64,000 bases of DNA, from NCBI GenBank assembly GCA_040758595.1, contig JBFLVJ010000008.1:3291-67290 (forward strand), written 5' to 3'. Made by a program: the position numbers and the translations under genes. The first letter of the stretch is position 1, and every line of letters starts with the position of its first letter. The notes beneath the pieces are model-generated. The model was not told the DNA's origin and did no database searches. It was given only the letters and a program-made list of their open reading frames with translations. Below are positions 43,314-52,652 of this stretch, in pieces. Source of the stretch: Candidatus Micrarchaeota archaeon (lineage in GTDB: Archaea > Micrarchaeota > Micrarchaeia > Anstonellales > Bilamarchaeaceae).

Positions 43314-45062
43314 ATGGCAAAAGAAGAAGGTCATATCGAAAGGATAAGCGGGCCGGTCGTGAACGCGTACCTGCCGGGCGCGAAGCTGTACGACGTCGTC
43401 AAGGTCGGCAAAGACAAGCTCATCGGAGAGATAATCAAGATAACCGGGACCACGTCGGTAGTCCAGGTCTACGAGGACACCTCAGGCCTCAGGCCGGGAG
43501 AGCCGGTCGAGTCCACGGGACAGCCCCTCTCTGTGGAGCTGGGCCCTGGCATATTGACCAGCATCTACGACGGCATCCAGAGGCCTCTGGAGGTCATCGA
43601 GAAGAACTCCAAGGGAGTGTTCATCGCCCGCGGCGTGGAAGCTCCCGCGCTCGACCGCAAGAAGAAATGGGAGTTCAAGGCCAAGGTCAAGAAGGGCGAC
43701 AAGGTCAAGGTCGGGGACGTGCTCGGGACAGTCAAGGAGACCGACCTCATCGAGCACAGGATAATGGCCTCCCAGGAAGGCCGGGTGGAGGACATAAAGT
43801 CCGGAAGCTTCACTGTGGAAGACAACGTCGGCTCCATATCTTACGAGGGCAAGAGATACCCGTTCACGCTAATGCAGAGGTGGTTCGTGAAGAAGTCGAG
43901 GCCGGTCATCGAGAAGTTCCCGCCCACCATCCCCCTAGTGACCGGGCAGAGGATCATCGACACGTTCTTCCCTATAGCAAAGGGAGGGACGGCCTGCATC
44001 CCGGGCCCCTTCGGTTCAGGAAAGACGGTCACCCAGCAGAGCCTGGCGAAATACTCGGACACGCAGATCGTGGTCTACATCGGATGCGGCGAGCGCGGCA
44101 ACGAGATGACCGACGTGCTCAAGGAGTTCCCGCACCTCATCGATCCGAAATCCGGGAAACCGCTCATGATGAGGACCGTGCTCATCGCGAACACGTCCAA
44201 CATGCCGGTCGCCGCCCGCGAGGCGAGCATCTACACCGGCATCACGATAGCCGAATATTTCAGGGACATGGGCTACGACGTCGCGCTGATGGCAGACTCC
44301 ACCTCCAGGTGGGCAGAGGCCATGCGTGAAATAGGAGGCAGGCTCGAAGAGATGCCTGGAGAGGAAGGCTATCCTGCTTACTTGGCCAGGAGGCTCGCCG
44401 AATTCTATGAGCGTGCCGGCCGCGTGCGCTGCCTTTCATCAGATGAGAGGTACGGTTCGGTCTCCATCATCGGAGCGGTCTCGCCCCCCGGTGGTGACAT
44501 ATCCGAGCCGGTGTCGCAGAACACCCTCCGTGTCACCAAGGTGTTCCTGGCCCTCGACGCTTCCCTGGCCTACAAGAGGCACTTTCCGGCCATCAACTGG
44601 CTCAAGAGCTACAGCCTCTATTCCGACGGCCTGGAGGAGTTCTACGGGGAGAAGGTCTCCAGCGACTTCACCAAGATGATAAAGCAGTGCATGACGCTGC
44701 TCCAGAAGGAGGCAGAGCTCCAGGAGGTCGTCCAGCTGGTCGGCCCTGATGCCCTTCCGGAAAAAGAGCAGGCGGTGCTGATGGTCACCAAGATGCTGAG
44801 GGAAGACTACCTCCAGCAGAACGCCTACAGCGACGTGGACGCGCGCTGCGAACTTAGCAAGCAGTATCTGATGCTCAAGACGGTGATGAAGTTCAACGAG
44901 AGGACGAATGCCGCCTTGGACGTTGGCACCCAGCTCAAGAAGATAGCCGAGCTCAAGGTGAGGGCCACCATCGGCAGGATGAAAGAGATAAAGGATGAGA
45001 AGGAGTTCGACAAGCTGATGAAGGAGATCGACTCCAGCTTCGACGAGGTCCTCAAGAGGTGA
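43314..45062 (+). CDS. atpA: A-type ATP synthase catalytic subunit A
   Basis: P-loop: GPFGSGKTV. The sequence is A-subunit-like throughout, including the non-homologous insert. Confidence 0.95.
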   Translation: MAKEEGHIERISGPVVNAYLPGAKLYDVVKVGKDKLIGEIIKITGTTSVVQVYEDTSGLRPGEPVESTGQPLSVELGPGILTSIYDGIQRPLEVIEKNSKGVFIARGVEAPALDRKKKWEFKAKVKKGDKVKVGDVLGTVKETDLIEHRIMASQEGRVEDIKSGSFTVEDNVGSISYEGKRYPFTLMQRWFVKKSRPVIEKFPPTIPLVTGQRIIDTFFPIAKGGTACIPGPFGSGKTVTQQSLAKYSDTQIVVYIGCGERGNEMTDVLKEFPHLIDPKSGKPLMMRTVLIANTSNMPVAAREASIYTGITIAEYFRDMGYDVALMADSTSRWAEAMREIGGRLEEMPGEEGYPAYLARRLAEFYERAGRVRCLSSDERYGSVSIIGAVSPPGGDISEPVSQNTLRVTKVFLALDASLAYKRHFPAINWLKSYSLYSDGLEEFYGEKVSSDFTKMIKQCMTLLQKEAELQEVVQLVGPDALPEKEQAVLMVTKMLREDYLQQNAYSDVDARCELSKQYLMLKTVMKFNERTNAALDVGTQLKKIAELKVRATIGRMKEIKDEKEFDKLMKEIDSSFDEVLKR

Positions 45063-45064
45063 TC

Positions 45065-46447
45065 ATGATGAAGGAATACAAGACGATAACCGAGATAGCA
45101 GGTCCGCTCGTATTCGTGTCTGACGTGAGCGGCGTCGGCTACAACGAGATAGTCGAGATCATGCTCCCCAGCGGCGAGCGCAGGAAGGGGCAGGTGCTCG
45201 ATGTCTCCAAGAACATGGCGGTTGTCCAGGTGTTCGGCCCGACGGCTGGCATCTCCACCGACCAGACGACGGTGAGATTCCTCGGAGAGACCATGAGGCT
45301 CGGCCTCAGCACCGACATGCTCGGGCGCGTGTTCACGGGCCTGGGCGAGCCCCGCGACAAGGGCCCCAGGATAATCCCCAAGGAGAAGCTCGACATCACC
45401 GGATTGCCTATCAACCCCTTTTCGCGCGAGATGCCCAACGAGTTCATCCAGACCGGTATATCGACCGTGGACGCGATGAACACGCTGGTCCGTGGACAGA
45501 AGCTGCCCATATTTTCAGGCGCCGGCCTTCCCCACAACCAGCTGACCGTGCAGATAGCCAGGCAGGCGAGGGTCCGCGGAACGGGCGAGAAGTTCGCCGT
45601 CGTGTTCGCGGCCATCGGTATCACCCACGAGGAAGCATCCTACTTCATGAGGGACTTCGAGAAGACCGGAGCCCTGGAAAACGCGGTGCTGTTCCTGAAC
45701 CTGGCCGACGACCCGTCGGTCGAGCGTATCATCACCCCGAGGCTCGCGCTGACCACGGCTGAATACCTCGCTTACGAGCAGGGCATGCATGTGCTGACCC
45801 TCATCACGGACATGACCAACTACTGCGAAGCGCTCCGTGAGATATCCTCTGCAAGGCAGGAGGTGCCCGGCCGCCGCGGCTACCCTGGTTACATGTACAC
45901 CGATCTCTCTACGATTTACGAGAGGGCCGGCCGTGTGAAAGGAAGCAACGGTTCGGTCACGCAGATCCCGGTGCTGACCATGCCCGGCGACGACAAGACC
46001 CACCCCATCCCAGACCTCACCGGATACATCACCGAAGGGCAGATACTGCTCAGCAGGGACCTCCACAGGAAGAACATCTATCCGCCCGTGGACCCCCTGC
46101 CCTCGCTCTCAAGGCTCATGAACTCCGGTATCGGAGACAAGAAGACCAGAGAGGACCACAAGGGGGTCTCAGACCAGCTCTATGCGGGCTATGCCAACGG
46201 CCGTGATCTGAGGAGCCTCAGCGCGGTCGTCGGTGAGGAAGCCCTTTCCGCGACAGACAGGAGATTCCTGAGATTGGCGGATGAGTTCGAGAAGAGGTTC
46301 ATCCAGCAGGGGCCGTATGAGAACCGTGACATAGAGACCACGCTAGATCTGGGCTGGGAACTGCTCTCGATACTGCCCGAGGAGGAGCTGAAGAGGGTCA
46401 AGAAGGACCACATCCCGAAGTACATGAAGAAGAAGTACGAAGTCTAG
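45065..46447 (+). CDS. atpB: A-type ATP synthase subunit B
   Basis: [18 protein letters not shown]... The listed ORF begins at a GTG (45059) that overlaps the atpA stop. The first ATG is at 45065. Confidence 0.95.
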   Translation: MMKEYKTITEIAGPLVFVSDVSGVGYNEIVEIMLPSGERRKGQVLDVSKNMAVVQVFGPTAGISTDQTTVRFLGETMRLGLSTDMLGRVFTGLGEPRDKGPRIIPKEKLDITGLPINPFSREMPNEFIQTGISTVDAMNTLVRGQKLPIFSGAGLPHNQLTVQIARQARVRGTGEKFAVVFAAIGITHEEASYFMRDFEKTGALENAVLFLNLADDPSVERIITPRLALTTAEYLAYEQGMHVLTLITDMTNYCEALREISSARQEVPGRRGYPGYMYTDLSTIYERAGRVKGSNGSVTQIPVLTMPGDDKTHPIPDLTGYITEGQILLSRDLHRKNIYPPVDPLPSLSRLMNSGIGDKKTREDHKGVSDQLYAGYANGRDLRSLSAVVGEEALSATDRRFLRLADEFEKRFIQQGPYENRDIETTLDLGWELLSILPEEELKRVKKDHIPKYMKKKYEV

Positions 46448-46487
46448 AGAGGTCCTGGACACATGACCTGGAACCCTAGACCCGATG

Positions 46488-46532
46488 CCGCGAACAAGTT
46501 CGCGGGCACATCTTGAACGCTGCGGCGTTCAA
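46488..46532 (+). other. Two perfect 8-bp hairpins in the atpB-atpD spacer
   Basis: CCGCGAAC-AA-GTTCGCGG (46488-46505) and TTGAACGC-TGCG-GCGTTCAA (46513-46532). They are flanked by copies of the GGAACCC/CCGGAAC repeat. Confidence 0.45.
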
Positions 46533-46571
46533 AATGAACCCGGAACTGGAAACCGGAGACAGGTGACTGAT

Positions 46572-47222
46572 ATGGCTGGAGCAACTGACGTGAACCCGAC
46601 CCGGATGGAGCTCATAAAGACAAAGGACCGCATCAAGCTAGCCGGCAAGGGCCACAAGCTCCTCAAGCAGAAGCGGGATGCGCTGATCCTGGAGTTCTTC
46701 AAGATACTCAAGAAGGCACAGGACCTGCGCGGCCAGCTGGCCAAGAAGGTGGCAGACGGCTACCTCTCTCTGGCCCGGGCCGAGACCTACCACAACCTCC
46801 AGGAGCTCACCAAAGTGTCCCTGGACCTGCGGAAGGACATAGACATCGACATCGAGGTCCGCAACGTCATGGGCGTCAAGATTCCCAATATCACCACGAA
46901 GATGGAGGAGAAGCACTTCATGAGCCTGCCCACCTACTCCGTGGCGGCGACAAGCGCCAAGATAGACCAGGCGGTTGAGGACTTCAACGACATCCTGGGC
47001 ATGGTCATCAAACTGGCAGAGACCGAGACCGCGATGAAGAGGCTCATCATCGAGATAGAGAAGACGAAGAGGCGCGTCAACGCCCTCGAATTCGTCCTCA
47101 TCCCGCGCCTCCAGGAGCAGCAGAAGATGATCGCCTTCCGCCTCGAGGAGATGGAGCGCGACAGCTTCGTGTCCCTGAAGGCGATAAAGCGGAAACTGGA
47201 GAAAGAGAAGGCGGCCTCCTAA
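46572..47222 (+). CDS. atpD: A-type ATP synthase subunit D
   Basis: MAGATDVNPTRMELIKTKDRIKLAGKGHKLLKQKRDAL is a typical subunit D start. AGGTGA lies 6 nt upstream. The listed ORF start at 46485 adds 29 aa that run across the hairpins. Confidence 0.9.
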   Translation: MAGATDVNPTRMELIKTKDRIKLAGKGHKLLKQKRDALILEFFKILKKAQDLRGQLAKKVADGYLSLARAETYHNLQELTKVSLDLRKDIDIDIEVRNVMGVKIPNITTKMEEKHFMSLPTYSVAATSAKIDQAVEDFNDILGMVIKLAETETAMKRLIIEIEKTKRRVNALEFVLIPRLQEQQKMIAFRLEEMERDSFVSLKAIKRKLEKEKAAS

Positions 47223-48385
47223 TTAGAGGAGGACCGATCTATCTCGGCGCACCGCTCGCTCGGATGGGTGTGTCTCTTCATTATCTCGGCGAGTTCCATG
47301 TAATCGACCATGCGCGATGTACGTGCGCTCTGGGGTGCCGCCCTTATTATCCTGAGCAGCAGCTCCTCGTCGCTCCTGCTCGCCGCCATGACCATGTTCA
47401 TCACGATCTTCTTTTCATTGGCGCTGAGCATCATGTCTGCCGCCATCAGCGCATGCTCGAGCGGGCAGGTGAGGCTGCGCACAAGCATATTCTCTATGAA
47501 GCCGCGCACGCTGCGTATCCCATTCCCTCCGTTGCCGAAGAGCTCCTCCGCCTCACCGACGCTTGCCTCTGCCTCGTCTGTGGTCCAGGCGCTCGTCCCG
47601 TCATGCAGCTGGTGGCCCGTGGCCATCGCCCTTTTCATCCCCTCTCCCCTGTACATCTCCCCCCGTCTTGCGACATCGTACATGAGAGATTCGGCCTGCC
47701 TGTAGGCGGCCTTGATTGTCAATACCGAGCGGAGGGCGTCATCGCCGAGAACCTCCACCCCTCTCACGAGATTTCCAGCCGGGAACTCGTGGAACTCTGG
47801 GTTGGCGAACGAGAGGACCTCGGCCCCATCATCGCACATGATGAACATGCCCGGCACCGGGGTGATGACGGGCATGTCGCCGTGTTTCGCATGTTCTGCC
47901 ATCGCCTCCAGTATATCCGGGTGCTTAGGGTCCACATGGTTGTATGTGAACAGCGTGGGGACGCCCATCCGCCTCAGCAGGGCTATCCCGACCAGCGTGA
48001 GCGATTCCAGGTCGAGAACCCGAACCTCCTTCCCTGCCGTGCTATGCGTCCTGGAGTCTGCCAGGGAGCCTGCGCAGCCGCAATCGAGCCCTTCAGGGGT
48101 TTCACCGAGCACGAACGGCACCTCCAGATTCGAGCTTATGGCATAATCCTGGTTCTGCGGGCTCAGGGCCACTATGGTGGCAAGCACCGGATCGGGTTTG
48201 GGCATCGAACGCATCCTGTCGTGTATCTCATCCATGAGATCGGCGAGGCTCCCTCCCCGGTCCGCGAAAGGGCCTTCCAAGGCAAGGCCGGTGTCATCGA
48301 GCGTCTTCTGCATCCTGTTGAGCTGCGGGCGCATCTTCCTGACGCTGCGGCTAAGGAGCATCACTGATTTGGACATACTGGGCAT
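47219..48385 (-). CDS. Hypothetical protein (388 aa)
   Basis: Normal amino-acid composition, in contrast to the His/Arg-rich antisense ORF 47264..48367. No family recognised. Confidence 0.5.
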   Translation of the reverse strand: MPSMSKSVMLLSRSVRKMRPQLNRMQKTLDDTGLALEGPFADRGGSLADLMDEIHDRMRSMPKPDPVLATIVALSPQNQDYAISSNLEVPFVLGETPEGLDCGCAGSLADSRTHSTAGKEVRVLDLESLTLVGIALLRRMGVPTLFTYNHVDPKHPDILEAMAEHAKHGDMPVITPVPGMFIMCDDGAEVLSFANPEFHEFPAGNLVRGVEVLGDDALRSVLTIKAAYRQAESLMYDVARRGEMYRGEGMKRAMATGHQLHDGTSAWTTDEAEASVGEAEELFGNGGNGIRSVRGFIENMLVRSLTCPLEHALMAADMMLSANEKKIVMNMVMAASRSDEELLLRIIRAAPQSARTSRMVDYMELAEIMKRHTHPSERCAEIDRSSSN

Positions 48386-48489
48386 ATATCCCCAGAAAGT
48401 TATAAAAAGGCTAACAAAATGGCCCGTATCTTCGGTTTTGCCCGAACCAAAAGGGCAATCGTTTAAATATCGCTTTCCTAGTGCTCTCT

Positions 48490-48819
48490 ATGAGACTATT
48501 GACGCTCGCGCTGTTCGTGGCGCTATTGGGTATGGGCTGCATAACGAGCCAGCCTCCGCAACCGCCGCCACAGGACGGGGTGGACACATCGAACGCGATA
48601 ACGCAGACCATGTGCGAGGATGCCGGAGGGCACTGGAACGAGTGCGGTTCGGCATGCAGGGGCGAGCCCGAAGGGACTCCGTGCATACTGATGTGCGTGC
48701 AGTACTGCGAATGCGGAGGGATAGCTGGCTTCGGCTGTCCTGCCGGATATGTCTGCACAGACTACTTGCCTGAAGGCGCCGCTGATGCGATGGGTATTTG
48801 TAAAAGAGTCAGTCAATGA
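48490..48819 (+). CDS. Small secreted lipoprotein with a 10-Cys TIL-like (trypsin-inhibitor-like) domain
   Basis: Lipobox: MRLLTLALFVALLGMGC. A Pro/Gln linker is followed by CEDAGGHWNECGSACRGEPEGTPCILMCVQYCECGGIAGFGCPAGYVCTDYLPEGAADAMGIC. The ten Cys spacings resemble the TIL fold. Confidence 0.6.
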   Translation: MRLLTLALFVALLGMGCITSQPPQPPPQDGVDTSNAITQTMCEDAGGHWNECGSACRGEPEGTPCILMCVQYCECGGIAGFGCPAGYVCTDYLPEGAADAMGICKRVSQ

Positions 48820-48828
48820 GGTGTATCT

Positions 48829-49677
48829 ATGGCTAAAGAAAACACAGAAGCGATGCCCCAACGGGGCTTCATGCTGGTGGCAGCCGCCCTGTTCATGATG
48901 GTCGGCATGCTGGGCAGCGCCTACATGCTGGCCCAGGTGGATTATTCGCCGACGGTGAATGTGGAAGGCGGGCCTACCAACCCGACCGTCTATGTGTCCA
49001 GCACACCTCCGGACCATGCGATATCCGTGTCTGCAACCGCATCCGAGAAGGTGGCTCCGGATCTGCTGAACCTCCAACTGAGGGTACAGACCGATTCATC
49101 GAACGCTGCGGAATCCCAGTCCGAGAATGCGCAGGTGACCGCAGAGCTGAAGACAGAGCTCGAGAAGCTCGGCCTGGAGGACAAAGCGATACAGACGACT
49201 TCCTATAACGTATATCCTGTCTATGACAGCGAATACGTCTGCGATGGAGGCAACAAGTGCCGCTGGGATTCGGTCCTCACCGGATACCGGACAGTGCACT
49301 CCCTGAATGTCGAGGTCACCCAGCTGGATATGGGCGGCGAGATAATAGATGCCGCTTCTACGGCGGGCGTCAACCAGACCTTCGTGGACTATGTGGACTT
49401 CACATTGAAGCCCGAGACCAGGAGGACCTTGGAGAAGGCTCTCCTCAAGGAGGCTTCGGCAGAGACCAGATCCAAGGCCCAGGAGATAGCCTCCGGCCTC
49501 GGAGTCGCCATCGGCAGCCCGCTGACGGTGAGCGAGTCCTTCAGCTACCCGTACTACCCGGCCTATCGCGGCGGGGTGTATATGGCTGAGGCGGCGGATT
49601 ATGCCGCACCGACATCGCTCTCTCCGGGCCAGGTCGAAGTGAGCGCCACGGTGAGCACGAGCTTCGCAATACAGTAA
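48829..49677 (+). CDS. SIMPL/DUF541-domain secreted protein
   Basis: An N-terminal TM segment is followed by ...VAPDLLNLQLRVQT...AESQSENAQVTAELKTELEKLGL...IQTTSYNVYPVY...GYRTVHSLNVEV... Confidence 0.7.
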   Translation: MAKENTEAMPQRGFMLVAAALFMMVGMLGSAYMLAQVDYSPTVNVEGGPTNPTVYVSSTPPDHAISVSATASEKVAPDLLNLQLRVQTDSSNAAESQSENAQVTAELKTELEKLGLEDKAIQTTSYNVYPVYDSEYVCDGGNKCRWDSVLTGYRTVHSLNVEVTQLDMGGEIIDAASTAGVNQTFVDYVDFTLKPETRRTLEKALLKEASAETRSKAQEIASGLGVAIGSPLTVSESFSYPYYPAYRGGVYMAEAADYAAPTSLSPGQVEVSATVSTSFAIQ

Positions 49678-49763
49678 TCTTCTTCTTTTTCCCCTCTTTT
49701 TTTCAGCAACCAATAAAAACACCCACACTCTAATATATTCTGAAACTATATGGGGTGGGACAG

Positions 49764-51266
49764 ATGGATGACGAGGATCGCAATCCATTGGGCAATCTTG
49801 TGATCATGCCCAGCGCTGCCGTGGCCGCGCGTTTCGGAGACCTGCAGATGGCTCTCGATGCCCTGGCCTCCAGCGATCCAGTATTCGTTTTCATGGCAAC
49901 CCAGGCTATTTGCCATGTATCGAAGTCCCAGGACAAATCAGCTGCGCTGAAACCGCTCCTGAAGCTGTTCGAGAGCGATTCGTATGCCATCAGGTGGGCG
50001 GCGGTTATGGCCTTGGGCGAGCTGGGGGACCAGAGGGCGGTGAAACCCCTCATCGATATGCTGGGGGACAGGAACTTCTGCGTTCAGGTGGCCGCAGCCG
50101 ATTCCCTCGGGAAGCTAGCTAATCCTTGCGCCGTCGGAGCGCTCGCTGCGCTGCTCGACAGAGACAATCAGCAGAATGCATATGTCCGTGCCGCTGCCGG
50201 CAGTGCCCTCGGCGCGATGGATGACCCGGATGCGCTGGCCGCCCTCATCAAGTCGCTGGAGGACGAGCATGTCGCCGTGGTCGTATCCGCGGTCTCCGGA
50301 GCTTTGGGAGGGGCTGATGAGCCTGCGGCCGTGCAGCCGCTCGTGGACGCCCTGCACCGCACGAACATCAACAGTGCCGCGGCCCTTTCGCTCGGGAAGC
50401 TGCGCAGGCATCTCATGGAAAAACACATACTGGACATCCTCTACCCGCTCAAGAACGGACACAGCTATAACATGAGGGCCAACTGCGCCCTGGCCATAGG
50501 AGAGATTGGCTGGCCCGGGACGTTCACATATCTGGAGGAGACCGCCCGGGATGATGCCAGCATGGCCGTCCGCTGGGCGGTTGCCAAGGCGCTCGGGAAA
50601 AGCGCGGATAAGAAAGAGGCGCTCCGTGTCCTTCTAGGCCTGCTCCGGGGCCCGGAGAAACAAGTCTCAGCGGCCGCCCTGGAGAGCGCCATCGCGTTGA
50701 TGAGGGAAGTCTCCCCGACAGCGCTGAAAGAGAAGCTTTCCATAGCCATGATGTCATTCGACGATGCCGAGCGTCTGTCTGCCGCCGCCGAGGCCGCGGA
50801 GGCCTATGTCAAGCTCGCCGGCTTACTGGAGACTCCGGAAGACAAGGATAGGCGGGCGGCCGAAAGGCAGATGAAACTCTCATTGGACCGCAAGCTCACG
50901 GAGATGGAAGCGAACGCCGGCATCAAGGAATCCCTCAGGCACATCCGGAAGCTGGAGAAGAAAGGCGGTGCCGAAGCCGTGCAATCGCTCGCCGAGATGC
51001 TCGGCGAACAGAACGGCCGGGTGAGGAAAGCCGCATCAGATTCCTTAGAGAGGCTTTTGAGGAGCGAGAAATACCCGGATATCGATGCCATCCTGGCGGA
51101 AGAGTCGTCCGGAGACAGGCTGAGGCGCCTTAGGCATGCCTCCGACCGGTTCCTCGAGATCCGCCAGAGGATGGCTTCTGATGCCCGGCAGGTATCAAGA
51201 AGCGCGTCTGCGTTGCTGCCGACCGCGATGGATACGGGGTCTGGCAAGACCAAGACCAGGATATAG
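49764..51266 (+). CDS. HEAT-repeat (PBS lyase-like) protein
   Basis: Repeated (D/S)..(V/I)R.AA..ALG.(L/M)GD..A(V/L).(P/A)L units, for example IRWAAVMALGELGDQRAVKPLIDML and VQVAAADSLGKLANPCAVGALAALL. The ATG is at 49764; the listed start at 49755 is a GTG. Confidence 0.7.
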   Translation: MDDEDRNPLGNLVIMPSAAVAARFGDLQMALDALASSDPVFVFMATQAICHVSKSQDKSAALKPLLKLFESDSYAIRWAAVMALGELGDQRAVKPLIDMLGDRNFCVQVAAADSLGKLANPCAVGALAALLDRDNQQNAYVRAAAGSALGAMDDPDALAALIKSLEDEHVAVVVSAVSGALGGADEPAAVQPLVDALHRTNINSAAALSLGKLRRHLMEKHILDILYPLKNGHSYNMRANCALAIGEIGWPGTFTYLEETARDDASMAVRWAVAKALGKSADKKEALRVLLGLLRGPEKQVSAAALESAIALMREVSPTALKEKLSIAMMSFDDAERLSAAAEAAEAYVKLAGLLETPEDKDRRAAERQMKLSLDRKLTEMEANAGIKESLRHIRKLEKKGGAEAVQSLAEMLGEQNGRVRKAASDSLERLLRSEKYPDIDAILAEESSGDRLRRLRHASDRFLEIRQRMASDARQVSRSASALLPTAMDTGSGKTKTRI

Positions 51267-51296
51267 GTACTTATTTGTTATCTGCTTTCTCCAGCC

Positions 51297-51767
51297 ATGG
51301 ATTGGAAGTCCCATGCGTTCTTCGGCGCGGTCTTCGCTTTGGCAGCAGGATTCCTTTTGGGCACAGACGGATTGTTCCAGCTCATCTTCATAGCGGTCTT
51401 CGGGGCGCTCTGCGCCCTTGTGCCCGATCTGGATCACGATGCCAGCAAAGGCAGGCAGTGGCTTGATGTCAGCGCGGTGGCCCTGTCAGGTCTTCTCGTG
51501 TTCCGCTCTGGTTGCGGTGAGTGGTTGTGTGTTCCGGGTCTTGACGAGCTGCGCGGGATGGTTTTGGCGTTCCTGGCCCTTTGCGGAGTCTATTTCCTGT
51601 TCTTCAGGTTCTTCAAGCCCAAGCACCGGGGGATAACGCATACGCTGGTCGCGTGTTTAGGGTTCGGGGTTTTGGTGTATGTGTTCGACGGGCTGACGCT
51701 CGGCCTCATAGGGATGTCCGCCTATTTCTCCCATCTCTTCGCCGACCAGCACATAAAAGTGATTTAG
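51297..51767 (+). CDS. Membrane-bound metal-dependent hydrolase (YdjM/DUF457-like)
   Basis: MDWKSHAFFGA...PDLDHDASK...HRGITHT...FSHLFADQ. Confidence 0.7.
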   Translation: MDWKSHAFFGAVFALAAGFLLGTDGLFQLIFIAVFGALCALVPDLDHDASKGRQWLDVSAVALSGLLVFRSGCGEWLCVPGLDELRGMVLAFLALCGVYFLFFRFFKPKHRGITHTLVACLGFGVLVYVFDGLTLGLIGMSAYFSHLFADQHIKVI

Positions 51768-52159
51768 AGAGTCGCTTCTTTCTTCACTTCGCACCTGAGG
51801 TTCAGCGACTGCTCCAGCCTGGTCTCGATGACGCCGTCTTTATCGAAGGAATAGAGCACCACCCCGCACTTGTACATCTGCGGTGCGGTGTAGCTTGTGG
51901 CATACACCCTGACCGATTTCTCCAGGAACTCCCTCCTCCCGACTATGCCGACCCTCACCCTGCCCTTCCGCAGGCTGTTGACCGGGTGCAAAGAGAGATG
52001 CTCGGGCACCGTGACATCCGCCTCGGCCCAGAGGGGTTGCTTGCCCTCGTTCTCCACGCGGAGTATCAGCTCCACATGGTTGCTGGAATAGCCGAAAAGC
52101 ACTTCCGGGTGCGCACGGAGCGATAGCTTTACCACTGGTTCACCGTCTGTGCTATCCAC
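51764..52159 (-). CDS. Hypothetical protein (131 aa)
   Basis: ORF with normal composition and beta-rich sequence. No motif recognised. Confidence 0.45.
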   Translation of the reverse strand: MDSTDGEPVVKLSLRAHPEVLFGYSSNHVELILRVENEGKQPLWAEADVTVPEHLSLHPVNSLRKGRVRVGIVGRREFLEKSVRVYATSYTAPQMYKCGVVLYSFDKDGVIETRLEQSLNLRCEVKKEATL

Positions 52160-52195
52160 CTCTACGCTTAAAACCTTTGTCTTAGAAATCGGATT

Positions 52196-52648
52196 ATGAT
52201 CCCAGAGTCCAGGCTCATAAAGTCAGAGCTGACAATCCGGGAGCTCTCCCTGCCGGACGATGTGCTTTTGGCGAGGAAATCCCTTGTCCGGTGGCTCGCG
52301 CTCTCTTTGGGCATGATACTGCCGAACGAGAGCCGGAGGCTCCTTTTGGACATCCTGGAGGTGCTCTTCGAGGGCCATGTCAAGGGCGATGCCCCGACGA
52401 CCAAGGACATCATGGCAAGGCTCAAGGAGCTAACGAAAGAGGAGCCGAACCCCAAGGCGGTCTATTATCACCTCCAGAAACTCAAGGACCTGGGCCTGCT
52501 CACAAGGACGAAGGGCAGGTACCAGCTCGGGGATGGCGATGGGAAGAGCCTTAAGGACATCGTCAAAGGGTTCTATCTGAAGAAGGCGGATCACGCTTTC
52601 ACGAACATAGAGAAGGCGCTCGAAAAGCTTGAGAGCGGCTACAGGTAA
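52196..52648 (+). CDS. Winged-helix DNA-binding protein
   Basis: TTKDIMARLKELTKEEPNPKAVYYHLQKLKDLGLLTRTKGRYQL is wHTH-like. It lies directly upstream of hmgA. Confidence 0.5.
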   Translation: MIPESRLIKSELTIRELSLPDDVLLARKSLVRWLALSLGMILPNESRRLLLDILEVLFEGHVKGDAPTTKDIMARLKELTKEEPNPKAVYYHLQKLKDLGLLTRTKGRYQLGDGDGKSLKDIVKGFYLKKADHAFTNIEKALEKLESGYR

Positions 52649-52652
52649 TCCT

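Noticed and set aside
46485-46571. Upstream ATG extending atpD by 29 aa
   Set aside because: The extension runs through two perfect hairpins and the repeat tract. Subunit D-like sequence begins at MAGATDVNPTRMEL, which has an AGGTGA ribosome-binding site.
47264-48367. 367-aa ORF on the + strand opposite 47219..48385
   Set aside because: Only one of the two mutually antisense ORFs can be real. The + frame is His/Arg/Gly-rich with no plausible start context. The - frame has normal composition and an ATG at the end of an intergenic gap.
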